64,000 nucleotides of DNA, from contig CADBOZ010000122.1 of assembly GCA_902796515.1 (NCBI GenBank), positions 10,924 through 74,923 of the forward strand, in the 5' to 3' direction. Made by a program: the position numbers and the translations under genes. Position 1 is the stretch's first letter; every line of letters starts with the position of its first letter. Source of the DNA: an uncultured bacterium. GTDB lineage: Bacteria; Cyanobacteriota; Vampirovibrionia; Gastranaerophilales; Gastranaerophilaceae. Positions 36,921-45,987 of the stretch are shown piece by piece. The notes under the pieces are model-generated. The model made no database searches. It was not told the DNA's origin and saw nothing but the letters and a program-made list of their open reading frames with translations.

Positions 36921-37622
36921 ATGAAGGCAAAAGAAAAAGTCAAAAAGACAAAAGAAGTAACAAAAGCACACGGATATAATGGTATGCTTGTTGTAATCGA
37001 AGGAACGGACGGTTCGGGCAAGTCAACTCAGGTTAATTTGTTATCTCAATTTATTAAAGATAAAAGTTACGGCTGTACGGTATCGGAATGGAAAACTTCA
37101 AGGCTTATTTCGGGTGTGATTAATGAAGCAAAAGAAAAAAATATGCTAAACACTACGACATATTCACTTCTTTATGCCGCCGATTATACGGACAGACTTG
37201 AAAACGAGATAATTCCCGCCCTGAAAGCAGGCTTTGTTGTTTTGATGGACAGATATATCTATACGGCATACGTAAGAGATTCCGTAAGGGGTCATGATAT
37301 AAAATGGGTAAAAAACCTATACAGCTTTGCGCCGAAGCCGGATTTGGTTTTTTACTTAAATGTGCCGACGGAAATTTTGATTAAAAGACTTATAGCTAAA
37401 AACGGCGTACTTGATTATTTTGAGTCCGGAAGAGATATAGGACTTTCGACAGATACATACAGCAGTTTTGAAATTTATCAAAAAAGGTGTCTTGAAGAAT
37501 ATAAAAAATTAAAAAAAGAATTTAATTTTATAGAACTCGACGGAACTAAATCTCAGGAGGAGCTTCATAAAGAAATCAGAGCAAAAGTTCAGGAGCTGCT
37601 TGATAGCGGATTTGTAAGTTAA
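36921..37622 (+). CDS. thymidylate-kinase-like P-loop kinase, tandem copy 2
   Basis: 233 aa. IEGTDGSGKSTQ and LMDRYIYTAYVRD. Alignable to copy 1 over its whole length. Confidence 0.7.
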   Translation: MKAKEKVKKTKEVTKAHGYNGMLVVIEGTDGSGKSTQVNLLSQFIKDKSYGCTVSEWKTSRLISGVINEAKEKNMLNTTTYSLLYAADYTDRLENEIIPALKAGFVVLMDRYIYTAYVRDSVRGHDIKWVKNLYSFAPKPDLVFYLNVPTEILIKRLIAKNGVLDYFESGRDIGLSTDTYSSFEIYQKRCLEEYKKLKKEFNFIELDGTKSQEELHKEIRAKVQELLDSGFVS

Positions 37623-37678
37623 ACCGCTGTTTAAAAAACATCGGTTATGATACAATTATTAAGTATCAAGGGGTTTTT

Positions 37679-40309
37679 ATGGAAGATAAAAAGACACTTA
37701 TATTAATAGACGGGCATGCGCTGGCATTCAGAATGTTTTTTGCACTTGAAAGAACAGGCATGCAAACAACCGACCATATTCCGACATGGGCTGTTTACGG
37801 TTTCTTTAAAGCAATATTTGATTTGCTTGCGGACAAGAAATTGCTTATAAAACCCGATTCTATAGCGGTTGCGTTTGATGTGTCAAAAGCGACATTCAGG
37901 CTTGAAAAGTATTCGGAATACAAGGCAAACAGACTAACTATGCCCGATACCTTAAGAAGCCAGCTTGATACAATTCAGGAAGGGTTAAAAGCTCTTGATA
38001 TTCCGATTTATACAAGTATGGGATATGAAGGAGATGATGTTATAGGAACGATATGCTCAAAGGCAAAGGCAAAAGGGCATAAAACGTACATTTTAACGGG
38101 CGATAAGGATAGCTTCCAGCTTGTTGATGATGAAGGGCTTGTAACGATTTTAATTCCTCAAAAAGGCGAGATAAATAAATACAATAAAGAAAAAGTATTT
38201 GAAAATCTGGGCGTGTACCCCTGTCAGGTTGTTGACTATAAAGCTCTTTGCGGAGATACATCGGATAACATTCCCGGAATCAAAGGAATAGGGCCAAAAA
38301 GCGCATCGGGTTTATTAAATGAATATCAGACCCTTGATAATATTTATGAAAATATTGATAAAATAACAAAAAAATCCTTAAAAGAAAAACTTATTGAAGG
38401 AAAAGAAAGCGCTTATTTATCGCAATTTTTGGCAACAATTAAAAAAGATCTTGATATAGATTTTGATTTTAATTCCGCCTGCCTTACAATTCCGGATAAA
38501 GAAAAAGTGAAAGCGTTTTTCCAAAAAGTTCAATTCTATTCTTTTGTTAAAAATATTGATAAATTGCTTTTGCCTTTTAACGAGGTAAAAAAAGAGGCGG
38601 TATGCACTTCTTTCGAGGATGGTAAAAATTCTCAAATGTCCCTTTTTGGTTTTGTTGAAGAAAAAAAAGAAGAAAAATTTGAAAAAAAAGAAATAAAAAA
38701 ACTTGATATAAACAGTTCTAAAGACTTTATCCGAAATATTAAAGACGGAGATAAAATAGCATTTCTTGTTGACTTTATGGAAAACGATTTGTGCTATATT
38801 GCAAAAGACACTACGGTTGCAAAAGCAAGAATAATTGATGTTAAAAATATTCTGGAAAATGAAAACATTAAAAAATGTACTTACGATTGTAAAAATATAA
38901 GAACAGAGATAAAAGGAATAGTGTCCGATGTTCAACTTTCAAGCTATGTAAAGGATTCATCGAGGAAGCATGACCTTATTACGCAAATTAACGAATGCCT
39001 TGAAATTATTCCTGATGAAGAAGACTATTATCTTTTGTGTTCATATATTCTTGATTTGGATGATTATTACAATAAAAATTTAACCGAAAAAGAGCTTGAA
39101 TTGATAAATAAAACAGAACTTCCGTTAAGCTTTGTTTTAAAAGATATGGAGGATACGGGCGTTAAGCTAGATACATCCTGCTTAAAAACAATCGGGGATG
39201 AAATTGACGTTAAAGTAAAGGATTTTGAAGAAAAAATATATAATGAAGCAGGATGCACGTTTAATATAAATTCTCCAAAGCAAGTAGCGGAAGTCCTTTT
39301 TGATAAAATGCAAATTAAACCCAAAAAGAAAGGAAAATCCGGAAATTATTCAACAAGCGCTAAAATACTTGACGAACTTGCGCTTGATTATGAAATAGCA
39401 TCAAATATACTTGAACACAGACAATTAATGAAATTAAAAACGACATATATTGATGCGCTTCCGAAATTAATAAAAGCTGACGGTAAAATTCACACACATT
39501 TTAATCAAATCGTCACAACAACGGGAAGATTATCTTCATCCGACCCTAACTTACAAAATATTCCGATAAGAACGGATTTTTCAAACAGAATAAGAGGGGC
39601 ATTTATTCCGTCCGATGAAAATTCCGTTATAATGAGTGCGGATTATTCACAGGTTGAATTAAGACTTCTGGCACATTATTCGGGGGATGAAGTGCTTATT
39701 AATGCTTTTAAAAATGATATCGATATCCATAAAGTAACGGCATCCAAAATATTTAATGTTCCGATGGAGGATGTTACAAAAGATATGAGAAGAAAAGCAA
39801 AAACAGTGAACTTCGGGATAGTATACGGACAAACAAGATACGGGCTTTCATCAACTTTAAAAATAGACCCGTGGGAAGCGCAAGAGCTTATTAATAAGTA
39901 TTTTGAAACCTATCCGAAAATTTCTCAATATATCAATTCCACATACGAGATGGTGAATGAAAAAGGATATGTTGAAACATTATTCGGCAGAAGAAGATAT
40001 CTTGGTGCGGAATTAAATTCAAGAAACGCAAATATAAGAGAATTTGCGGCACGCGCTGCCATAAATGCACCGCTTCAAGGGACAAGTGCCGATATTATAA
40101 AAATGGCCATGGTGGATTTGCACAAAAAATTAAAGAACTATAAATCAAAAATGATACTTCAAATTCATGATGAACTTGTGCTTGAAGTGCCGGAAAATGA
40201 ACTTGAAGAAGTTAAGAAATTAACCGTCGAAGCAATGGAAATGAATCAACCGTTAAAAGTACCCTTAAAGGTTGAAGTCGGATTTGGCAAAACATGGATG
40301 GAGAAATAA
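37679..40309 (+). CDS. polA: DNA polymerase I
   Basis: 876 aa. 5'-nuclease N-terminus LILIDGHALAFRMFFAL. Polymerase motifs DYSQVELRLLAH, RRKAKTVNFGIVYG and QIHDELVLE. Confidence 0.95.
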   Translation: MEDKKTLILIDGHALAFRMFFALERTGMQTTDHIPTWAVYGFFKAIFDLLADKKLLIKPDSIAVAFDVSKATFRLEKYSEYKANRLTMPDTLRSQLDTIQEGLKALDIPIYTSMGYEGDDVIGTICSKAKAKGHKTYILTGDKDSFQLVDDEGLVTILIPQKGEINKYNKEKVFENLGVYPCQVVDYKALCGDTSDNIPGIKGIGPKSASGLLNEYQTLDNIYENIDKITKKSLKEKLIEGKESAYLSQFLATIKKDLDIDFDFNSACLTIPDKEKVKAFFQKVQFYSFVKNIDKLLLPFNEVKKEAVCTSFEDGKNSQMSLFGFVEEKKEEKFEKKEIKKLDINSSKDFIRNIKDGDKIAFLVDFMENDLCYIAKDTTVAKARIIDVKNILENENIKKCTYDCKNIRTEIKGIVSDVQLSSYVKDSSRKHDLITQINECLEIIPDEEDYYLLCSYILDLDDYYNKNLTEKELELINKTELPLSFVLKDMEDTGVKLDTSCLKTIGDEIDVKVKDFEEKIYNEAGCTFNINSPKQVAEVLFDKMQIKPKKKGKSGNYSTSAKILDELALDYEIASNILEHRQLMKLKTTYIDALPKLIKADGKIHTHFNQIVTTTGRLSSSDPNLQNIPIRTDFSNRIRGAFIPSDENSVIMSADYSQVELRLLAHYSGDEVLINAFKNDIDIHKVTASKIFNVPMEDVTKDMRRKAKTVNFGIVYGQTRYGLSSTLKIDPWEAQELINKYFETYPKISQYINSTYEMVNEKGYVETLFGRRRYLGAELNSRNANIREFAARAAINAPLQGTSADIIKMAMVDLHKKLKNYKSKMILQIHDELVLEVPENELEEVKKLTVEAMEMNQPLKVPLKVEVGFGKTWMEK

Positions 40310-40310
40310 A

Positions 40311-40679
40311 ATGATAAAAAAAATATCTGTAATTGCAATATTGTTATTATCTTCTTTCGCGTTTGCCGATAACGGCGTGCTTCAAAACAGCTATAAAATA
40401 TATCCGAAAGATGCAGACAGCTTATTTATGTATGCTATGAATGCTCTTAGCTCGGACGGCAGATATAATATATCCGAAATACAGACTAAAAACGGTTATA
40501 TTTTATTTACAAATGCTTCAAAATATTATCTTTTAAAGGTTACAAAGAGATATCAAAATCAATCCGAAGTTAAAGTTTTGCCGAGAAACAGCGATTTTTC
40601 ACTCGGATATGAAACGGCACAAAATGTTTTTAGTTTAATTGATAATGAAATTAAAAAACCCATGGAGCTTGTTAAATAA
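40311..40679 (+). CDS. small exported protein of unknown function between polA and priA
   Basis: The track ORF 40272..40679 overlaps polA. The likely start is the ATG at about 40311 (MIKKISVIAILLLSSFAFA signal peptide). Its stop abuts the priA ATG. Confidence 0.5.
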   Translation: MIKKISVIAILLLSSFAFADNGVLQNSYKIYPKDADSLFMYAMNALSSDGRYNISEIQTKNGYILFTNASKYYLLKVTKRYQNQSEVKVLPRNSDFSLGYETAQNVFSLIDNEIKKPMELVK

Positions 40680-42707
40680 ATGGAGAAGTCAAAGTATGCC
40701 GAAGTCCTCGTTGATATAAGCAAATTGGGTACTAAAACATTCAGCTATCTTATCCCCGATGATTTAAAAGACGAAATTAAAATCGGACAAAGCGTAACCG
40801 TTCCTTTCGGAAGAAGAAAAGAGGGTTTAAAAGCCTATGTTGTAGGCTTTACAAATTATCTTGAGGAGGGAATAAAAGCAAAGCCAATAGAAAATATTCT
40901 TGAAACTACGCCTTTGTTTTCTCTTGAATATCTGAAGCTTCTGGAATGGGTTAGCGAGTATTACTTTTGCGATATTCAAACGGTCTTGAATGCGGCATTG
41001 CCCCAAAAATTTTTTGAAAAAAACGTAAAAAATTACAGGAAGCCAAAAAAAGAAAATGCAATTTATAACTTTGAAAAAAAAGAAAATGAAATAAAATTAT
41101 CCGATGAGCAAAATAAAGTATACGGGGAAATCAAGAGAATAAACCCTAAAACAGCTTTGATATATGGAATTACCGGTTCGGGAAAGACGGAAATATATTA
41201 TAAACTTATTGAAGATACCATTGAAAGCGGTAAAAATGTTATTTTTCTGGCACCTGAAATTGCCCTTGTTTCCCAGCTTACAATAAGAACAATCGAAAGA
41301 TTTGGCAAAGAGTCTGTCGCAATTTGGCATAGCTCGATAACCGAAGCTGAAAAATATGAAACATGGAAAAAATTAAAAAATAATGAAATAAGAATTTTAT
41401 TCGGCGCAAGAAGTGCCGTGTTTGCCCCTATAAAAAATGTGGGCTTGATTATTATTGATGAAGAGCACGACGGAAGCTATAAACAAACGATGCCAAATCC
41501 GAGATATAACGCTAAGGATGTGGCAAAAAAGCTTTGTGAATTGTATAACTGCAATCTTGTTTTGGGTTCGGCAACACCTTCAATTGAAAGTTATTATGAG
41601 GCGGTTAATACAAACTCTTTGTTTACTTTAAAAACAAGGTATAATAATGCAAAACTTCCGCATGTTTCGGTTATCGATATGAGGGAAGAAAGAGCGGAAA
41701 AAAACTATTCTCTTTTTTCAAGAACTCTTGTGAATAATGTTAAAGAAACTATCGAAAAAGGCGAGCAGGTAATATTTTTAATAAACAGACGGGGGTTTGC
41801 AAGCTACACTCAATGTATGGAATGCGGAGAGGTTTTAATGTGCGAAAAATGTGCAATTCCTCTTATATATCACAGGAACACCAATTCTTATAAATGTCAT
41901 TATTGTAATTATGAAAGGCAAATTACAAACTGTCCGAAATGCAATTCAACAGCATTGGAACATTTCGGACTCGGGTCTGAAAAAGTTGAAGAAGCCGCAA
42001 GAGTCTTTTTCCCTGATTACAGAATAGAAAGGCTTGATTCCGACAGTTTAAATCAAAAAAACAAACACGTTGAAATTTTAAAAAGATTTCAAAACGGCGA
42101 AACGGATATATTAATCGGTACTCAGATGATTGCAAAAGGTTTGGACAATAAAAATGTTACTCTTGTCGGGGTTATTAATGCGGACTTAAGCTTTAATCTT
42201 CCTGATTACAGGAGTTCCGAGCGCGGTTTTTCAATATTAACTCAGGTTGCCGGTCGCTCAGGACGCGGAGATAAGGAAGGAAAAGTTATTTTTCAAACAT
42301 ATAATTCAAATAATGAATTTTTGAAAAACGCAAAAGAACAGGATTATGAAAACTTTTATGAAACGGAGTCATCTCTTAGAGAAATGTTAAATTATCCTCC
42401 GTTTTCAAGAATGATAAGAGTAATTTTATCTTCCAAAAACGAATACAGGGCTCAAAAGGCAGCTTCCGAAATTGAGTTCAATTTGTCGGGCTATTTAAAA
42501 AAGATGTCCTATGATGAAGCAATAGAGATATTGGGGCCGGTTGAATGCATAATTAAAAAAATAAAAGAAGAATTCAGGTATAATATTATAATCAAAAATC
42601 AACTTAATAGCACAGGACATAAAGCTGTTTTAAGGTTTTTAAAATCCGTCAAACTGCCGCCCGATATAAAAATGGTTGTAGATATAGATCCGAGCGACAT
42701 TCTATAA
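40680..42707 (+). CDS. priA: primosomal replication-restart helicase PriA
   Basis: 675 aa. Walker A GITGSGKTE, DEEHD, and a Cys-rich zinc region CMECGEVLMCEKC...CHYCNY...CPKC. Confidence 0.93.
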   Translation: MEKSKYAEVLVDISKLGTKTFSYLIPDDLKDEIKIGQSVTVPFGRRKEGLKAYVVGFTNYLEEGIKAKPIENILETTPLFSLEYLKLLEWVSEYYFCDIQTVLNAALPQKFFEKNVKNYRKPKKENAIYNFEKKENEIKLSDEQNKVYGEIKRINPKTALIYGITGSGKTEIYYKLIEDTIESGKNVIFLAPEIALVSQLTIRTIERFGKESVAIWHSSITEAEKYETWKKLKNNEIRILFGARSAVFAPIKNVGLIIIDEEHDGSYKQTMPNPRYNAKDVAKKLCELYNCNLVLGSATPSIESYYEAVNTNSLFTLKTRYNNAKLPHVSVIDMREERAEKNYSLFSRTLVNNVKETIEKGEQVIFLINRRGFASYTQCMECGEVLMCEKCAIPLIYHRNTNSYKCHYCNYERQITNCPKCNSTALEHFGLGSEKVEEAARVFFPDYRIERLDSDSLNQKNKHVEILKRFQNGETDILIGTQMIAKGLDNKNVTLVGVINADLSFNLPDYRSSERGFSILTQVAGRSGRGDKEGKVIFQTYNSNNEFLKNAKEQDYENFYETESSLREMLNYPPFSRMIRVILSSKNEYRAQKAASEIEFNLSGYLKKMSYDEAIEILGPVECIIKKIKEEFRYNIIIKNQLNSTGHKAVLRFLKSVKLPPDIKMVVDIDPSDIL

Positions 42708-42712
42708 GAGGT

Positions 42713-43282
42713 TTATTGGCGTTGTTCACCTCCTGCTTGCTGATTGGCATTATCGGCAACTCTCATTTCCTGAAGTCTTTGTTGACCGTTCATAACAACT
42801 TGATATAATTTATTCAAGTCCTGTTCAAGATTGTTTAAAAGCTGTTGTGCATAGCTTTGAGATTCTTCCTTCATCCTTATTGAGTCATTTTTTGCACTTA
42901 ATCTTAATTCCTGAGCTTCGTTAAAGGCTGCCATTTTTATTTGCTGGCATTCGTCAAAAACAGTTTGTCTGAATTTTTCGGCATATTCTTCCATTGCTTT
43001 ATTTAAGCTTGATTCGTTTAAAAGCTTATATCTTTGATTTTCGGCATCCTGAATAATTCTTTCGGCTTTAAGCTGCGCTTCCTGAAGAATTTCATCTTTC
43101 TTTTTTAAGATTATTTTTGCATCATTGATTTCATCGGATATGGCATTAGGAAAAGCATCAACAATTCTGCAAAGTTCTTTTGAACTGATAAGCAATCGTC
43201 CCGGAATTAAAAAACTGGGGCTTTCATCTATGAGAGCAGTTAAATCATCTATTAAATCAAACATTTTTTCTGATTTAGACAT
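42713..43282 (-). CDS. coiled-coil protein of unknown function (ATP-synthase-b-like heptads)
   Basis: 189 aa. A charged helical region KKKDEILQEAQLKAERIIQDAENQ. Lies downstream of coaD in the same orientation. Confidence 0.4.
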   Translation of the reverse strand: MSKSEKMFDLIDDLTALIDESPSFLIPGRLLISSKELCRIVDAFPNAISDEINDAKIILKKKDEILQEAQLKAERIIQDAENQRYKLLNESSLNKAMEEYAEKFRQTVFDECQQIKMAAFNEAQELRLSAKNDSIRMKEESQSYAQQLLNNLEQDLNKLYQVVMNGQQRLQEMRVADNANQQAGGEQRQ

Positions 43283-43299
43283 TTTATTTTAAACCTTTC

Positions 43300-43794
43300 C
43301 TATGCTTTTTTTAAATATTCTACTACGTTTTTCGGAACAAATTTTGAAATATCGGTTTTGTAGTTTGATAATTCCTTTACGATGCTTGAAGAGATAAAAT
43401 TGTGTTCCGGTTTTGTCGATAAAAATACTGTATCAATTTCAGGTGCTATGACTTGGTTTGTTTGACAAAGTTGAACTTCATATTCAAAATCGGTAATTGT
43501 TCTTAATCCTCTGATTAAAAAATTTGCCCCGACATTTTTTGCAAATTCTACGGTAAGACCGTTAAAACTTGCCACCGTAACATTTTTCATGTTTTTTACG
43601 GCTTCTTGAATGAGTTCAACTCTTGTTTGAACAGGTAAAAACGATTTTTTTTCGGAATTATTTAAAACCGCAATTACCACCTCGTCAAACATTTTTCTTG
43701 CGCGTTCAAGAACATCAAGGTGACCGTTTGTTATAGGGTCAAAACTTCCCGGATATAATGCTTTTTTTATTTTTGGCACATTATTATCTATCAT
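43300..43794 (-). CDS. coaD: phosphopantetheine adenylyltransferase
   Basis: 164 aa. ALYPGSFDPITNGHLDVLERA and ISSSIVKE. Confidence 0.93.
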   Translation of the reverse strand: MIDNNVPKIKKALYPGSFDPITNGHLDVLERARKMFDEVVIAVLNNSEKKSFLPVQTRVELIQEAVKNMKNVTVASFNGLTVEFAKNVGANFLIRGLRTITDFEYEVQLCQTNQVIAPEIDTVFLSTKPEHNFISSSIVKELSNYKTDISKFVPKNVVEYLKKA

Positions 43795-43868
43795 AATTCA
43801 TATTATAGTATCAACAAACATTTATATCCAAAAATTAAGACAGCATTTTAAAAAATGTAAATATTTCT

Positions 43869-44456
43869 TTACAATTCCGGAGCTACTTCAAGAGTATCGG
43901 AGTTTCCGTCAATTAATTCAATAAGTTTATCCTGCCAGCCGGCATCTTTCTTTAAGAAATAATCAGCACCGCCGTTTAAACATCTCACTTTATTTTCGGC
44001 TTTATTCGAGGCGGTAATAATGATTATTTTTGTATCAAGGTTGTTCTGGGTAATAATTTTCTTTGTTTCGTTTAAAAGAGTATAGCCTTCTTGTTCGGTT
44101 GAAACAAATAAATCCATAACCACATATTTAAAACTTGAATGAATAAAAGCGTTTAAGCCGTTAAAAATGTCTTTTGCAACTTGAACATTATATCCGAGGT
44201 TTTCCAAAGTAACCCTTATCTGATATGTTACAACCCCTATATCATCAATTACCAGTATATTTCTTGAAGAATTTGTCGATTGACCTTCGCTGCTTTGCTC
44301 TTTATTGCCTTCTGATGTTGTATCATGGTTTTTTATTTTTTTTACGACATTCATAAGACTGTCATCGGATATATCTTCGGGCATTTCCATATTTGCCATT
44401 TTATAGAGTTCTTTTAAAAGACTTTTGTCTATTTCAACTTTGGAGTTTTCTTCCAT
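43869..44456 (-). CDS. CheY-like response regulator receiver with an N-terminal extension of about 65 aa (no output domain)
   Basis: 195 aa. REC residues are present: VIDD, VVMDLF (phospho-acceptor Asp), IITAS and FLKK. Lies directly downstream of fliN. Confidence 0.75.
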   Translation of the reverse strand: MEENSKVEIDKSLLKELYKMANMEMPEDISDDSLMNVVKKIKNHDTTSEGNKEQSSEGQSTNSSRNILVIDDIGVVTYQIRVTLENLGYNVQVAKDIFNGLNAFIHSSFKYVVMDLFVSTEQEGYTLLNETKKIITQNNLDTKIIIITASNKAENKVRCLNGGADYFLKKDAGWQDKLIELIDGNSDTLEVAPEL

Positions 44457-44465
44457 TTTTTACCT

Positions 44466-44792
44466 CTAATCTTTGGTTTTGACATTTTTTTCGCTTATAT
44501 CGGTAATTCTTAAACCGAAATTATCTTCAATAATAACTACTTCACCTCTTGCAACTTCCCTTCCGTTTGCAAGAAGCTTAATCGGCTCTGATGTTGTATT
44601 ATCAAGCTCAATTATAGAGCCTTTTGTTATATCTAAAACTTTTTTTAAACTGGCGTCTGTTTCGCCGAGTATTGCCGATATTTCAAGTTCAACATCAAGA
44701 AGAAGATTATAAGTGCCCGTCCTTTTTGCCATAGGCGGTCTTTCAACATTTTCCAGTTTGCTTATATCAAGGTTTTTAGGCTCTTTAGACAA
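44466..44792 (-). CDS. fliN: flagellar motor switch protein FliN
   Basis: 108 aa. SpoA domain LLDVELEISAILGETDASLKKVLDITKGSIIELD...LLANGREVARGEVVIIEDNFGLRI. Confidence 0.9.
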   Translation of the reverse strand: MSKEPKNLDISKLENVERPPMAKRTGTYNLLLDVELEISAILGETDASLKKVLDITKGSIIELDNTTSEPIKLLANGREVARGEVVIIEDNFGLRITDISEKNVKTKD

Positions 44793-44795
44793 ATT

Positions 44796-45773
44796 TTACT
44801 CCTTTTCCTGATATTGACCTGTTATTTTAACGCATACTTTATTTTTAATACTGCCGGGTGCAACATAGAACTTCTTTTTGTTGTTTACGCATCCGATAAG
44901 CTCTTCATTGAGCTTTTGATCAAGTTTAATAATATCATCTTTTTTTAAAGAAATCACATCATTTATTTCCATATTGGCAGTACCGAGTATGACCCTGAAA
45001 TCCACTTCGGCACCTTTGATTTTTTCCAGTGTTTCATTTTTTCCTATTTCATTTGCCGAAACATTTGCATGCTGATAGATGTATTGCGGTGTTAATTTGG
45101 GAAGCACCGTTTCAAGAACAGGATAAGGGAAACAAATATTCATTAAACCGAAACTTTTTTTGCCGAAGCGAACCTCAAAAGAGATTAACGTTACGATTTC
45201 TCCCGAATTTGTAATAGGTATGGTGTGATATCCGTTAACAAGAGCTATAAATTCGGATTTAACCGGTAAAATTGTACCCCAGGCTTCTTCCAATATTTTT
45301 ATTATTTTTTCCGTGAATTTTGTTGTTAAAAGTTCCTCAATCTGTGTTAATTCTTTTCCGTGTTCGGAGGATATTCCCGCGCCGCCGAGCATTCTGTCAA
45401 GAACAACGGCAAGTACTTCCGGACTCATTCCCATGGAAATTTCGCCCGTCAGAGGATTTAGCTTAAAAATCATATTTTGTACATGCGACGGCATTGAACA
45501 GATATATTCTTCGTATGTAAGCTGGTCAACGGAAATAACATCAATTTCAACTTCCATGCGCAGGTATCCCGTTAAATTTTGTGCAAGATGTCTTACAAAA
45601 TCCCTGTGAATATCCTGAAGAGCTTTTAAGTGTTCTTTTGAAAATTTATCCGGACGTCTGAAGTTATAGAGTTTGCAGCTTTTTTTAAACTCGTCGGAAA
45701 CGCTCGAATCAAGTTCAAGTGCGGTTTCTTCTCCGCTTATATTGGCTTGTGAATTAAGTTCTTGTTCTTCCAT
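44796..45773 (-). CDS. fliM: flagellar motor switch protein FliM
   Basis: 325 aa. ...KLYNFRRPDKFSKEHLKALQDIH..., LDRMLGG, and a C-terminal SpoA-like domain. Confidence 0.9.
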   Translation of the reverse strand: MEEQELNSQANISGEETALELDSSVSDEFKKSCKLYNFRRPDKFSKEHLKALQDIHRDFVRHLAQNLTGYLRMEVEIDVISVDQLTYEEYICSMPSHVQNMIFKLNPLTGEISMGMSPEVLAVVLDRMLGGAGISSEHGKELTQIEELLTTKFTEKIIKILEEAWGTILPVKSEFIALVNGYHTIPITNSGEIVTLISFEVRFGKKSFGLMNICFPYPVLETVLPKLTPQYIYQHANVSANEIGKNETLEKIKGAEVDFRVILGTANMEINDVISLKKDDIIKLDQKLNEELIGCVNNKKKFYVAPGSIKNKVCVKITGQYQEKE

Positions 45774-45867
45774 CTTAAAGTATACTTTCCTTACTACAAT
45801 ATACTATCAGTATTATTCCTTGTCTATCATATTCAAGATGGAATTTATCAGATTGGGGGGTAAAATT

Positions 45868-45937
45868 TAAAAATCTAAAGTTTGTAACAAAATGTAAATA
45901 TATTATCTTAAAATCTAAAGTTTTTATGAAAATGTGA
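45868..45937 (+). repeat. two copies of a direct repeat of about 28 nt, spaced 40 nt apart
   Basis: ttaaaaatctaaagtttgtaacaaaatgt and cttaaaatctaaagtttttatgaaaatgt. The core aaaatctaaagttt is identical in both. Confidence 0.7.
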
Positions 45938-45943
45938 CGATAT
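45916..45943 (+). promoter_or_regulatory. sigma-28/sigma-D-like promoter candidate (TAAAGTTT, about 16 nt from TAAA, then GACGATAT)
   Basis: The second repeat copy reads cTAAAgtttttatgaaaatgtGACGATATtc. It sits about 45 nt upstream of the AAGGAGA RBS and ATG of the 45988 CDS. The spacer is 1 nt longer than the Bacillus-type consensus. Confidence 0.45.
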
Positions 45944-45987
45944 TCATTATGTAAGCAATAAGGCAATGACAATAAGGAGATACGAGA

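Noticed and set aside
38417-38935. 172-aa minus-strand ORF antisense to polA
   Set aside because: It is Phe-rich low-complexity sequence (FFFFKFFFFFFF), the mirror image of the Lys/Glu-rich polA segment. It lies entirely within a well-supported CDS and has no RBS or motif.
40272-40310. Upstream extension of the small ORF overlapping the polA 3' end (track start 40272)
   Set aside because: The extension (MKSDLAKHGWRNK) lies inside polA. The ATG at about 40311 gives a canonical signal peptide right at the N-terminus.
45868-45937. The direct repeats as a possible mini CRISPR or other array
   Set aside because: There are only two copies, they are A/T-rich, and they overlap a promoter-like motif. 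There are no cas genes and no further repeats.
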